Counted from the stretch's first letter, positions 25,969 through 35,473 are shown. The stretch is 64,000 nucleotides of DNA from an uncultured Staphylococcaceae bacterium (GCA_964392865.1 CAYMRJ010000003.1:24591-88590); one strand, 5' to 3'. Numbers and translations: made by a program. The notes: generated by a model not told the origin, from the letters alone.

Positions 25969-27879
25969 ATGAAAGTCGAAATCGCCGGAAAAGCCATCGA
26001 AATCGAAGAAGGAAGCAATGGCTTTCTTGCCCTTAAAACCGCCGGCATCGAAAACAAGAACAAGGCCGTCTGCCTGAAGAAAGGCGAAGAGCTCATCGAC
26101 CTTTCCGCAAAACTAAGTGACGGCGACTCCTTGGAAGTCGTCTACGAAGGCGATCCGGAATCGATCGCCCTATTAAGGCACTCCTGCTCCCACCTTTTGG
26201 CCGAAGCCGTCCATAGCCTCTACCCCGATGCCCTCTTCGGCCTGGGGCCTTCGATCGAGGAAGGCTTCTATTACGATATCGATTTCAAAGGGACGACCAT
26301 CACCGATGCCGACCTCCCGAAGATCGAAGAGGAAATGAGGAGGCTATCGAAGAAAGCCAGCAAGATCGAACGGATCGAGATGACCCCCGAAGAGGCTTTG
26401 GATTTCTTCAAGGAGAATCCCTACAAGGTCGAACTCATCAAAGAGCATGCCGGAAACGGCGAAAAGATCTCGGCCTACCGCCAGGGCGATTTCACCGATC
26501 TCTGCCGCGGGCCCCATCTCCCCGATACCGGACGGATCAAGCACTTCAAGCTCCTTAGCCTCGCCGGCGCCTACTGGCGCGGCGATTCTTCGCGCCCCCA
26601 GCTGACCCGCATCTACGGGACGGCCTTCTATAGCAAGGAGGCTCTTGAAGAGCATCTCGCCATCCTCGAAAAAAGGAAGGAAAGCGACCATAGGAGGCTT
26701 GGGAAGCAACTGGGCCTATATATGATCAGCGACTACGGGCCTGGCTTCCCCTTCTTCCTCCCCAAGGGGATGCTACTAAAGAACGCCCTCCTCGATTACT
26801 GGCGCGAGGTCCATAAGCGCTACGGCTACCAGGAAATCGAAACCCCGACGATGCTGAGCAAAGAGCTTTGGGTGACCTCGGGCCACTACGACCACTACAA
26901 GGAAAACATGTACTTCACGAAGATCGATGAGAGGGAATTCGCCGTGAAGCCGATGAATTGCCCGGGCGCCATGGTGGCCTACAATGCCACTTCCCATAGC
27001 TACCGCGATCTTCCCCTTCGCCTCGCCGAACTCGGACATGTCCACCGCCACGAAGCCTCCGGCGCCCTAAACGGCCTCTTCCGCGTCAGGGCCTTCACCC
27101 AGGACGATAGCCATATCTTCGTGACCGAAGAAGGGATCGCCGACGAAGTCAAGAACATCATGCGCCTCTTCGACGAGGTCTACGGGGTCTTCGGCTTGGA
27201 GTACCGGATCGTCCTTTCGACCAGGCCCGAATCTGGCTACATCGGTAGCGAAGAATTCTGGGACAAGGCCGAGCGCGATTTGGCCGAAGCCTGCGCCTCT
27301 AGCGGCCGCGAATACGCCATCAATCCCGGGGACGGAGCCTTCTACGGGCCGAAGCTCGACTTCAAACTCAAGGACTGCATGGGCCGCACCTGGCAGTGCG
27401 GGACCATCCAGCTGGACCTGAACCTCCCGGAAAGATTCGGCTGCTACTACATCGACGAACACGGCGAAAAGCAAAAGCCCGTCCTTCTCCACCGCGTCGT
27501 CTTCGGCTCGGTCGAGCGCTTCATCGGCATCATCACCGAGCATTTCTCCGGCGCTTTCCCGACCTGGCTTGCACCTATTCAGGCCCGCGTTTTGCCCGTC
27601 AATCCGCAAATCCATGGGGGTTATGCGAAGAAAGTCGAAGAAGCCCTTACCAAAGAAGGCTTCAGGATCGAGGTCGATGATAGCAACGAAAAGCTCGGCT
27701 ACCGCATGAGGCAATGCCAAGTCGAGAAGATCCCCTATTCCCTCGTGGTCGGCGATAAGGAAGCCGAAGAGGGTCTCGTCACCTACCGCGTCTACGGGAC
27801 GACGGAGCAGATCACCGTTCCCCTCAAGGAGTTCATCGCCCTCCTGAAGGAACACGTCCAGACCAAGGCTCGCTTCTAA
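25969..27879 (+). CDS. thrS: threonine--tRNA ligase
   Basis: 636 aa with an N-terminal TGS-like region, the editing HSCSHLL motif and class II core motifs. GAGGGAG lies upstream. Confidence 0.96.
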   Translation: MKVEIAGKAIEIEEGSNGFLALKTAGIENKNKAVCLKKGEELIDLSAKLSDGDSLEVVYEGDPESIALLRHSCSHLLAEAVHSLYPDALFGLGPSIEEGFYYDIDFKGTTITDADLPKIEEEMRRLSKKASKIERIEMTPEEALDFFKENPYKVELIKEHAGNGEKISAYRQGDFTDLCRGPHLPDTGRIKHFKLLSLAGAYWRGDSSRPQLTRIYGTAFYSKEALEEHLAILEKRKESDHRRLGKQLGLYMISDYGPGFPFFLPKGMLLKNALLDYWREVHKRYGYQEIETPTMLSKELWVTSGHYDHYKENMYFTKIDEREFAVKPMNCPGAMVAYNATSHSYRDLPLRLAELGHVHRHEASGALNGLFRVRAFTQDDSHIFVTEEGIADEVKNIMRLFDEVYGVFGLEYRIVLSTRPESGYIGSEEFWDKAERDLAEACASSGREYAINPGDGAFYGPKLDFKLKDCMGRTWQCGTIQLDLNLPERFGCYYIDEHGEKQKPVLLHRVVFGSVERFIGIITEHFSGAFPTWLAPIQARVLPVNPQIHGGYAKKVEEALTKEGFRIEVDDSNEKLGYRMRQCQVEKIPYSLVVGDKEAEEGLVTYRVYGTTEQITVPLKEFIALLKEHVQTKARF

Positions 27880-27897
27880 GCAGAACCTACATAAATC

Positions 27898-27931
27898 AAA
27901 AGGGCCCGGTCGGGCCCTTTCATTTGTTTTT
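27898..27931. terminator. bidirectional intrinsic terminator (thrS / convergent MGMT-like gene)
   Basis: AAAGGGCC-cggtcg-GGCCCTTT is followed by CATTTGTTTTT. Confidence 0.7.
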
Positions 27932-27936
27932 GCCGA

Positions 27937-28464
27937 TTACCTTTCGGAAATGAAGACCTTGTCTTTGTTTTCCGCCTCGAAGGCGATGAGCTTCTTCTTC
28001 AGTTCCCTGTCTTCCCCGCTATCGAGCATCTTGGTGTCGCAGCCGGAAAGGGGTCCGACTTCTTCTTCATTAACGATGACGCGGTGGGTCGGGATGAAGA
28101 TCGGAAGGGGATTTTCGATAAGGGCCCGGTCGATATCCTCGGCCTTGAGTTTGAGGGCCGCGGCCAGTTCGGCCTCGGTCTTCGTTTCCCCATAGGGGAT
28201 GGCAAGGACGGCTTCGTAGACCTTGGAAAGGACGGAATCGTTGACGGGCTCCAGCTTCAGATCGAAGTAGCGCCGCTGCCCGTAGCAATATTGGTTCAGC
28301 TCGATGATCCCGTCATAGAGGGCGGTATTTTCGTCATTCACGGCCCCTATCGGGTCCTTGCTCCCGAAAAGGAGGCCGACGAGGCGCCTTTCGTTGGAGA
28401 TCAAAGTGACGTCGCCGATGGCCGTATCGTAGACGGCGTATCTTAGGGGCAGCCTTTTTTCCAT
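27937..28464 (-). CDS. methylated-DNA-protein-cysteine methyltransferase homologue with active-site Cys replaced by Thr (alkyltransferase-like)
   Basis: 175 aa. The N-terminal Ogt-like domain contains YDTAIGDVTLISNERRLVGLLF. The C-terminal region has LAIPYGETKT and NPLPIFIPTHRVI, where canonical enzymes have PCHRV. Confidence 0.7.
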   Translation of the reverse strand: MEKRLPLRYAVYDTAIGDVTLISNERRLVGLLFGSKDPIGAVNDENTALYDGIIELNQYCYGQRRYFDLKLEPVNDSVLSKVYEAVLAIPYGETKTEAELAAALKLKAEDIDRALIENPLPIFIPTHRVIVNEEEVGPLSGCDTKMLDSGEDRELKKKLIAFEAENKDKVFISER

Positions 28465-28471
28465 CGCCGTG

Positions 28472-28480
28472 ATTATGCCA
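28472..28480 (-). promoter_or_regulatory. extended -10 (TGgCATAAT) 7 nt upstream of the ATG at 28464
   Basis: The minus strand reads TTTTTTGGCATAATCACGGCGATG, with no Shine-Dalgarno. Confidence 0.4.
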
Positions 28481-28586
28481 AAAAAGGCGGGGGCAAGGCA
28501 AATAGGGCCCCTTCTTTCTCAATAGAGAAAAGTGAGGCACAAATGATTAAGAACCTCTATAATCATGCCGTTATAGGAGAGTCAGA

Positions 28587-29159
28587 ATGTCTAAAGCAAA
28601 GAAATCATCGACGACTAGGCTGTTGCTCTTGATCGGGGCGATCCTCCTTTTCGTCAAGTACATCATCGAAAACGCCAGTTCTCTGAACCTCGGCAGCGGC
28701 GTCAGCGGCGTCATCACCTTCATCTGTGCCCTGATTGCCGTCGTCACCGTCATCGCCTTCTTCGTCTACTTCGTCTTCTTCGTCGAAGGGCACGGGGCCT
28801 TCAGGACCCTCATCCCGGTCATCCTCCTCCTCGCCATCTTCGGCCAATACAGCATGACCTTCGGGTCCGGCACCGTCAGCAGCGCCCTCAGTTCCATCGC
28901 CAAGGCCGTCTGGGTCCTCATGATCGTGAGCGGCTTCGTCTTCCTCTTCATCCATAAGAAATTCTTCGGGATGACGTTTGGCATCAGCGCCATCGTCTAT
29001 GCCTGCTTCATCGTCGTGAGCTACATCGTCGGCCTCGCCGTCGATCAGGTCTCCTTCAGCGTCAGCAACCTCCTCTTGATGATCTGCTTCGCCTTCGGCC
29101 TCATCCTCATCTTCGCCGGCGTCTACCTCGGCCTCCGCCGCCGCGAGTGGATCGACTGA
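28587..29159 (+). CDS. integral membrane protein, unknown function
   Basis: 190 aa with about 5-6 hydrophobic helices. AGGAGAG lies 6 nt upstream and TATAAT sits at 28558-28563. Confidence 0.6.
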   Translation: MSKAKKSSTTRLLLLIGAILLFVKYIIENASSLNLGSGVSGVITFICALIAVVTVIAFFVYFVFFVEGHGAFRTLIPVILLLAIFGQYSMTFGSGTVSSALSSIAKAVWVLMIVSGFVFLFIHKKFFGMTFGISAIVYACFIVVSYIVGLAVDQVSFSVSNLLLMICFAFGLILIFAGVYLGLRRREWID

Positions 29160-29178
29160 ATCCCGGATAGCGATTCCC

Positions 29179-29201
29179 AAAGGGGCTTCGGCCCCTTTTT
29201 T
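29179..29201 (+). terminator. intrinsic terminator
   Basis: AAAGGGGC-ttcg-GCCCCTTTTTT. Confidence 0.75.
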
Positions 29202-29255
29202 AATGTGAGAGAGAAACTTATAATCAACCGCGAAATTAAGAGAGGACCCCTCAAT

Positions 29256-30131
29256 ATGTTCAAACTGTTCGTCGATACCGACATGGACTTTGGCCCGGAA
29301 GATGCGAAAAAGTACGATCTCGGCCTCATTTCCATGCCCATTGTCATAGGCGAGGAAGAGATCTTCCCTTACGAAGAAGGGCCGATGGAAGCCTTCGACG
29401 CCGAGGCTTACTACGGCCGCCTGAGGGGCGGTTTGGTCCCCAAGACCTGCGGCCTAAACATTATTAAATACAAAACATACTTTGAGCCGGTTTTAAAGGA
29501 AGGTAAAGATATCCTCTACGCCCACTTCTCCGAATCGATGTCCGGGACCTTCAACGCCATGAGGCTGGCCATCGAGGAACTCAAGGAAAGCTATCCCGAG
29601 CGCCGCATCGAAGAAGTCGATACCCTCGGGATCACCTCCTTAGGCCGGGTCATCGTCCTCGATGCCCTTCCCCTCTATAAAGAAGGCAAGTCCCTGGACG
29701 AGGTCAAAGCCCATATCGAAGAAGAGAGGAGCCACTACGCCTGCGTCTTCTTCGCCGACGACCTGAAGTTCTTCAAGGCCTCGGGCCGCGTTTCGGGCTT
29801 TTCGGCCTTGCTTGGCGGCGCCATCGGCATCAAACCGATCATCGGGATCGAGAGCGACGGCGTCATGCGCCCCATCGCCAAGGCCGTCGGGAGCCAGCCG
29901 GCCCTCCGCCGTCTTTTCAATGACGTCAAGGCCAAGGGCGACCGCATCGGGCAGTTCCCCTTCGTCATCGTCCATTCCGGGATCGACCGGAAATACATCA
30001 ACATCCTCGAAGGGATGCTGAAGAAGGAATTCGGCGAATTCCCCTACGAAGAAATCGTCCTCAATCCGACGGCCGGCGCCCATAGCGGCCCGGATTGCCT
30101 CGGAGTCGCCTTCCACGCCAAGAGCCGCTAA
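29256..30131 (+). CDS. DegV family fatty-acid-binding protein
   Basis: The start is the ATG at 29256 (AAGAGAGGA upstream). DegV-like features are SESMSGTFNAM, FFADDLKFFKASGRVS, GIKPIIG and GAHSGPDCLGVAF. Confidence 0.8.
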   Translation: MFKLFVDTDMDFGPEDAKKYDLGLISMPIVIGEEEIFPYEEGPMEAFDAEAYYGRLRGGLVPKTCGLNIIKYKTYFEPVLKEGKDILYAHFSESMSGTFNAMRLAIEELKESYPERRIEEVDTLGITSLGRVIVLDALPLYKEGKSLDEVKAHIEEERSHYACVFFADDLKFFKASGRVSGFSALLGGAIGIKPIIGIESDGVMRPIAKAVGSQPALRRLFNDVKAKGDRIGQFPFVIVHSGIDRKYINILEGMLKKEFGEFPYEEIVLNPTAGAHSGPDCLGVAFHAKSR

Positions 30132-31250
30132 ATGTACGTCCTTAAGGAAGTCAAAACCAAGAAGGAAGCCCGCGATTTCGTGAACTTCCCTTTGAGGCTA
30201 TATAGAAACTGCCCCTATTTCGTCCCGCCCATCTACATGGACGAAAAAGCCCTCCTTAAACCGAGCCACTACCGCCACAAGGAAGCCCCGAGCGCCTTCT
30301 TCCTCGTCTATGAGGGCAAGAAGCCGGTCGGGAGGATCCAGGCCATCCTCTCGAAGGCCAGCAACGAGAAGACCGGGGAAAGGCGCGTCCGCTTCACGCG
30401 CTTCGACTGCATCGATAATCAAGAGGTCGCCCATCTCCTCTTCTCCGCCGCCGAAAAGTTCGCGAAAGACAATGGCATGGATACCGTCTGCGGGCCGCTC
30501 GGCTATAGCGATCTCGACCGCGAAGGCCTTCTCATCGAAGGCTTCGAGGAACTATCAACCTACGAAGAGCAATACAACTACGGCTACTACCAGAAGCTGG
30601 TGGAAGCCGAAGGCTACGTCAAAGAAGTCGACTGGACCGAAAGGAAACTCTTCGCCCCCAAGGTCCTCGACGAGCGCATCGGCCTCATCGCCAACAAGAT
30701 GCTGGAGCGGAACAAGCTCCGCTTCGTGACCGAAAAATCGACTAAGAACATCGTCGATAAATACGGCCAGGCCTTCTTCGATCTCATCGAATCCAACTAT
30801 AGCGACCTCTACATGACCGTGCCGTTCAGCAAGAACGAGATCAAAGAGCTCGTCGCTTCTTTCAAATTGCTCCTTTCTCCCCGCTACATCAGGATCATCG
30901 TGGATGAGGAAGGAAAGATGGTGGCGGCCGGCCTTTGCTTTCCTTCTATCGGCAAGGCCCTCCAGAAAAGCGGCGGCCGCCTGACCATCCCCTGCATCAT
31001 CAAATTGCTGAAGGCCAGGAAGAAACCGGAAATCATCGATCTCGGCCTCGTGGCCGTCGATCCCAAATACCGCTCCTCCGGAGTAGCCTGGGCCATCTTC
31101 TACGAAATCATGAAGATGCTATACGAAGGCGGCTGCGCCTACTGCGAGACCAATCTCAACCTCGAAGACAACGAAGACATCACCAACAACTGGAACCGCT
31201 TCGAGTCCGTCATCCATAAAAGAAGGCGCGCTTATATCAAACATCTCTAG
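30132..31250 (+). CDS. GNAT-fold (acyl-CoA N-acyltransferase-like) protein of unknown specificity
   Basis: 372 aa. The N-terminus (FVNFPLRLYRNCPYFVPPIYMDEKALL...GRIQAIL...RFTRFDCIDNQEVA) resembles a widespread family annotated as N-acetyltransferase. The ATG immediately follows the degV stop. Confidence 0.45.
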   Translation: MYVLKEVKTKKEARDFVNFPLRLYRNCPYFVPPIYMDEKALLKPSHYRHKEAPSAFFLVYEGKKPVGRIQAILSKASNEKTGERRVRFTRFDCIDNQEVAHLLFSAAEKFAKDNGMDTVCGPLGYSDLDREGLLIEGFEELSTYEEQYNYGYYQKLVEAEGYVKEVDWTERKLFAPKVLDERIGLIANKMLERNKLRFVTEKSTKNIVDKYGQAFFDLIESNYSDLYMTVPFSKNEIKELVASFKLLLSPRYIRIIVDEEGKMVAAGLCFPSIGKALQKSGGRLTIPCIIKLLKARKKPEIIDLGLVAVDPKYRSSGVAWAIFYEIMKMLYEGGCAYCETNLNLEDNEDITNNWNRFESVIHKRRRAYIKHL

Positions 31251-31261
31251 GAAGGGCCCCG

Positions 31262-31430
31262 TAGGGGCTCTTTCCCTCTTGCAAGGGGAGTTTCTCCCCT
31301 ATACAATCACGCCTGTCAAAAGTAGAAAGCAGCCTCCCCAAGGCTCGCCGGACGGCCAATGGCCATCGGCCCAGAAGCTACTGAAAGCGATTCTGGTCAT
31401 TGGGGCGGCTTGCCGCCCTATTTTGATAGC
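31262..31430 (+). promoter_or_regulatory. candidate ribosomal protein L20 leader / attenuator of infC-rpmI-rplT
   Basis: A 194-nt non-coding gap precedes infC. It ends in the hairpin GGGCGG-cttg-CCGCCC (31403-31418) followed by TATTTTGAT. In Bacillus this position holds the L20-responsive leader. Confidence 0.45.
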
Positions 31431-31444
31431 AAAGGAGCAGAACA

Positions 31445-31993
31445 ATCGCATACTACAATCCCCATGACCGCCGGCGGCCCAACAAGCCGCTGGATCCCAT
31501 CAACGAAAGGATCCGCTATCCGGAAGTCCTCGTAATAGGCCCAAGCGGCGAAAACCTCGGCAGGATGTCGAGCCGCGAGGCCAACGAAGTCGCCATCCGC
31601 TACGGGCTCGACCTCTACTGCGTCTCGCCCAACGCCAACCCCCCGGTCTGCAAGATCCTCAATTACGGGAAGTACAAGTTCGACCAGCAGAAAGCGAGCC
31701 GCGAATCGCGCAAGAACCAGCACAACAATGCGCTGAAGCAAGTCCAGCTGACCCCCCAGATCGGCCAGCACGACCTCGAAACGAAGGCCCGCCATGCCAG
31801 AGGCTTCCTCGAAGACGGGAACAAGGTCCAGGTCTGCGTCGTCTTCCGCGGGCGCCAATTGGCCCATAAGGAACTGGGCGACGACGTCATGAAGCGCTTC
31901 AACGCGATCTTGGAAGACATCGCCGTCGTCGAGAAGCAGCCGTATTGGGAAGGCAAATGGTACGATTGCATCCTCGCCCCCAAGAAGAAGTAG
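31445..31993 (+). CDS. infC: translation initiation factor IF-3 (non-AUG ATC start)
   Basis: The conserved N-terminus [21 protein letters not shown] lies upstream of the first ATG (31565). An in-frame stop sits at 31427-31429. The ATC at 31445 is 7 nt after AAAGGAG. Confidence 0.85.
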   Translation: MAYYNPHDRRRPNKPLDPINERIRYPEVLVIGPSGENLGRMSSREANEVAIRYGLDLYCVSPNANPPVCKILNYGKYKFDQQKASRESRKNQHNNALKQVQLTPQIGQHDLETKARHARGFLEDGNKVQVCVVFRGRQLAHKELGDDVMKRFNAILEDIAVVEKQPYWEGKWYDCILAPKKK

Positions 31994-32003
31994 GAGGAAG
32001 GCT

Positions 32004-32192
32004 ATGCCGAAAATGAAGACCAACCGGGGTCTGGCGAAGCGCGTCAAGACCACCGGCACGGGCAAGCTCAAGAGAAAGCACGCCTATACCGGGCATTTGT
32101 TCCGGAACAAAACCCACAAGCAGAAAGTCCATCTCCGCGGTGCCGCGACCGTCGACAAGACCGACTACAAGCGCATCAAGGACATGCTCTAA
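32004..32192 (+). CDS. rpmI: 50S ribosomal protein L35
   Basis: 62 aa, beginning [15 protein letters not shown]. Confidence 0.95.
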   Translation: MPKMKTNRGLAKRVKTTGTGKLKRKHAYTGHLFRNKTHKQKVHLRGAATVDKTDYKRIKDML

Positions 32193-32206
32193 GGAGGATA
32201 TAGGAA

Positions 32207-32557
32207 ATGGCAAGAGTCAAAGGCGGAACCGTTACCCACGCCGCCCACAAGAAGATCCTCAAGGCCGCCAGCGGCTACCGCGGCAGCAAGCACCTGCTTT
32301 TCAAGACGGCCAAGGAACAGGTCCTTCGTTCCTGGCGCTATAGCTACATCAGCCGTAGGAAAGTCAAAAGCGACTACCGCAAGCTCTGGATCAAGCGCAT
32401 CAATGCCGCCTGCCGCGAAAACGGCCTTAGCTACAGCACTTTGATGGGCTCGCTCAAGAAGCAGGGCGTCTCCATCAACCGCAAGATGCTAAGCGAAATG
32501 GCCATCCATGACCAAAAGGCCTTCAAGGCCCTTTGCGACGGAGCCAAGAAAGCCTAA
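32207..32557 (+). CDS. rplT: 50S ribosomal protein L20
   Basis: 116 aa with [19 protein letters not shown] and [10 protein letters not shown]. Confidence 0.95.
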   Translation: MARVKGGTVTHAAHKKILKAASGYRGSKHLLFKTAKEQVLRSWRYSYISRRKVKSDYRKLWIKRINAACRENGLSYSTLMGSLKKQGVSINRKMLSEMAIHDQKAFKALCDGAKKA

Positions 32558-32576
32558 GGGTTTCATTAAATTGGAG

Positions 32577-32601
32577 AAGCGGGGCAACCCGCTTTTCCTT
32601 T
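32577..32601. terminator. intrinsic terminator after rplT (convergent with pncA)
   Basis: AAGCGGG-gcaa-CCCGCTT is followed by TTCCTTT. Confidence 0.65.
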
Positions 32602-32607
32602 GCTATT

Positions 32608-33162
32608 CTACTTCCCTAGTTCCGACAAAATTTCGTCGGTGCTGAGGATGGCGGCTCCGTAGGTCCCTTTGAGGTAGTTGATGCCGTAAACGTAATCTTC
32701 TTCCGTGAAGGAATCGGTCGCGTCTTTGGCGACGGCGACATCGTAGCCCAGCTGATAGGCATCGGCGGCCGTATGGCGGACGCACATATGGGCGTGGAGG
32801 CCGCTCAGGATCACGGTGGTGACCCCGAGTTCCTTAAGAAGCATGTCGAGGTCGGTGGCGAAGAAGCCGCTGTAGCGGCGCTTGGGAATGATGTAATCGC
32901 CTTCCTGGGGCGCGAGTTCCGGAATGACTTCGGCTCCTTTGGTCCCGGCTATGGCGTGATCGCCCCAGAGCTTCAGCTCGTGGTCGATGCCTTTGATGTG
33001 GGCGTCGTTCGTGTAGATGATCGGGACTCCGATTTCCCTAAGGCCTTCGATGAGCCTACGGCAGGTCGGAACGATGGCCAGGCCCCGGTCGCATTTCAGG
33101 GCCCCGGTCACGAAGTCGTTCAGCATGTCGACGACGATGAGGACGGTTTTTCCTTTTTCCAT
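32608..33162 (-). CDS. pncA: isochorismatase-family hydrolase, nicotinamidase-like
   Basis: The start is the ATG at 33162 (MEKGKTVLIVVDMLNDF). A catalytic-Cys context LHAHMCVRHTA is present. The ORF-track extension overlaps thiI. Confidence 0.7.
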   Translation of the reverse strand: MEKGKTVLIVVDMLNDFVTGALKCDRGLAIVPTCRRLIEGLREIGVPIIYTNDAHIKGIDHELKLWGDHAIAGTKGAEVIPELAPQEGDYIIPKRRYSGFFATDLDMLLKELGVTTVILSGLHAHMCVRHTAADAYQLGYDVAVAKDATDSFTEEDYVYGINYLKGTYGAAILSTDEILSELGK

Positions 33163-33164
33163 AA

Positions 33165-34337
33165 TCAGTCTCCTTCCTTGGCGGTTATGGATTCGCTTTC
33201 GATATTGGCGATGGCTTCTTCTAGAAGCGATTGCCATTCGAAGCGGCTTTCGTAGTTTTCGGCTTCGTCGATCCTCGGCTTCGTCTTCGGGCGCTTCGGC
33301 GCGAAGATCGTGCAGCAATCTTCGTACGGCCTGATCGAAATCTCGTAGGTCCCCAGTTTCTTGGCATCCTCGATGATCGAAAGCTTATCGGTCACGGCGA
33401 GCGGCCTAAGGATCGGCATATTGGTGACGTCGTTGATGGTCTTCATGGATTCGAGGGTTTGGCTTGCGACCTGGCCGATCGACTCGCCGGTAGCGATGGC
33501 GCAGACCCCGTATTTCTTCGCCGCCATATCGGCGAGGCGGAACATCATGCGCCGCATGATGGTAATGCAGTAGGGTTCCGGGACGTTCCGGTAGATGGCT
33601 TCCTGAATCTTGGTAAAAGGAACGACATGGAGCCTGATCTTGGCCTGATACTGAGTCAGAATCTGGAGGATATCTCTCAGCTTATCTAGGACGGCCAAAG
33701 AGGTATAAGGAGGCGAAGCAAAATGGAGGCATTCGATGAGGAGGCCCCGTCTCAAGAGTTTCTGGCAGGCAACCGGCGAATCGATGCCGCCGGAAAGCAA
33801 GACCAAGACCTTTCCGTTCATACCAAGGGGATAGCCGCCGGCACCTTGGACGTCCTTATAGGCCACAAGCGAGAAGCCCGGACGTATCTCGATCTCTAGG
33901 ATCATGCCGGGATTATGGACATCAACGCCGGGAGCCCCGTTCTTCAGGCAGTGCCCGCCGACTTCCCGGGCGACCCCATAGGAATCGAGCGGGAACGTCT
34001 TGTCGGCCCTTTTGACGCTGGCCTTCCAGGAAGCGGGCTTTTCTTCGAGAAGGATATTGAGGCACGTTTCCTTGATGGCCTCGATATCCCGAGCCTGCTT
34101 ATAGGCCACCGAGATCCTTTGGATCCCGGGGATATCGGCGAGGACGGATAGGATTTCCCCTTCGGCCGAATCATCGGCCAAAGAGACATATATGTGTTCA
34201 CGGGATTTGGTGACAGCGATTCCTTCGAAGGAAGAAAGGCGTCTTTTGATATTGGAGAAAAGGCAGTCGATGAAGGAGGAACGGTTGTCCCCTTTGGTGC
34301 TTAGTTCCCCGAAATGAACGATGAGCAGTTTATCCAC
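33165..34337 (-). CDS. thiI: tRNA 4-thiouridine synthase ThiI (no rhodanese domain)
   Basis: 390 aa with a THUMP-like N-terminus and PP-loop LLSGGIDSPVA. Confidence 0.9.
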   Translation of the reverse strand: MDKLLIVHFGELSTKGDNRSSFIDCLFSNIKRRLSSFEGIAVTKSREHIYVSLADDSAEGEILSVLADIPGIQRISVAYKQARDIEAIKETCLNILLEEKPASWKASVKRADKTFPLDSYGVAREVGGHCLKNGAPGVDVHNPGMILEIEIRPGFSLVAYKDVQGAGGYPLGMNGKVLVLLSGGIDSPVACQKLLRRGLLIECLHFASPPYTSLAVLDKLRDILQILTQYQAKIRLHVVPFTKIQEAIYRNVPEPYCITIMRRMMFRLADMAAKKYGVCAIATGESIGQVASQTLESMKTINDVTNMPILRPLAVTDKLSIIEDAKKLGTYEISIRPYEDCCTIFAPKRPKTKPRIDEAENYESRFEWQSLLEEAIANIESESITAKEGD

Positions 34338-35469
34338 GGTCCCTGACCTCCTTCATGATTCCGGCGAAGGCTTCGAGGAAGGCTTTGGCTTCCCCGATTT
34401 CATTATCGCCTCCGAATGAGAGGCGGATCGAGTTCTCGCTATCGCCGTCGCTATGGCCAGAATCCTTGAGGACATAGCTATACGTCGCCTTCTTCGAAGA
34501 GCAGGCCGAAAAGGTTCCGACGTAAATCTCTTTTTCGGATAGGGCCTCAACGACCACGCTGGCTTTCTTCTTTCTCAGACTGAAGTCGAGGATATAGGGA
34601 CTCCCATCGACTGGGGAATTGATGGCGATATCTTCCCCGTATTCCTTGAGCCCTTCGATGATTTCCCTGCGAATAGCAGCCGCCTTTGCGGCGTTTTCCT
34701 TCATATTGGCGCATTCGTCCTTCAAGGCCTCAGCGGAGGCAACGATCGAGGGAACATCGACCGTTCCGGGCCGCTTGCCCTTTTCCTGCCCGCCCCCGTA
34801 CATGAAGTTCGGGAGATTGATGTTCTTCTTGTAGATGAGGCCGCCGACGCCTTTCGGGCCGCCGAACTTATGGGCGCTCCAAGAGATGAAATGGATGTCT
34901 TTTCCGGCTAGATTCATCTTCCCGGCCCCTTGGGTGAAATCCATGAGATAGAAGCACTTGGGATAGCCTTTGACCGTTTCGGCATAGGCCTCATAAGGCG
35001 AAACGGTGCCCAGTTCGTTATTCACGCCCATGAGGGCGACAAACAACGTGTCCTTATCGATGGCTTTGGCCAATTCTTCTTGGCTGACCTTTCCGGAAGA
35101 ATCGCCTCTTAGCAAAACGAGGTCGATCTTCCCTTCGGCCTCCAAGGCCTTGAGGCAATTGAGGACGCTCGGATGTTCGTAATAGGAAGAAATGACCTTC
35201 CTCCCTCTATTGGAGAAAGCCTTGATCGTCGAAAGGATGGCGAGATTGTTGGCCTCGGTGGCACCGCTCGTGAAAACCAAATCGTGGGTATCGGCCAAAC
35301 CGAAGCATGCGAGGATATCCTTCCTTGCCTTTTCGAGAAGCCGATCGGCCAGGCGCCCGAAAGCATGTGTCGACTCGGGATTGCCATAGCATTCCCGAGA
35401 GGCCGAAAGGTAGGCTTCAAGGGCCGCCTCCTTGGGTTTGGAGGTGGCGGCATGGTCGAAATAGATCAT
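34330..35469 (-). CDS. nifZ: cysteine desulfurase (NifS/IscS class)
   Basis: 379 aa with the PLP lysine context SAHKFGGPKG and the active-site loop SACSS. It overlaps thiI by 8 nt, as in the B. subtilis nifZ-thiI pair. Confidence 0.85.
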   Translation of the reverse strand: MIYFDHAATSKPKEAALEAYLSASRECYGNPESTHAFGRLADRLLEKARKDILACFGLADTHDLVFTSGATEANNLAILSTIKAFSNRGRKVISSYYEHPSVLNCLKALEAEGKIDLVLLRGDSSGKVSQEELAKAIDKDTLFVALMGVNNELGTVSPYEAYAETVKGYPKCFYLMDFTQGAGKMNLAGKDIHFISWSAHKFGGPKGVGGLIYKKNINLPNFMYGGGQEKGKRPGTVDVPSIVASAEALKDECANMKENAAKAAAIRREIIEGLKEYGEDIAINSPVDGSPYILDFSLRKKKASVVVEALSEKEIYVGTFSACSSKKATYSYVLKDSGHSDGDSENSIRLSFGGDNEIGEAKAFLEAFAGIMKEVRDRG

Positions 35470-35473
35470 CTTC

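Noticed and set aside
28605-29180. 191-aa Asp/Glu/Gly-rich ORF antisense to the 190-aa membrane protein gene.
   Set aside because: It is the mirror image of a hydrophobic, codon-biased membrane gene. The plus-strand gene has an RBS, a TATAAT box and a terminator, and the antisense ORF has none of these.
31279-31467. 62-aa ORF in the gap before infC.
   Set aside because: It has a TTG start without an RBS, runs through the attenuator hairpin and the infC RBS, and matches no protein I recognise. The region is better explained as the L20-type leader RNA.
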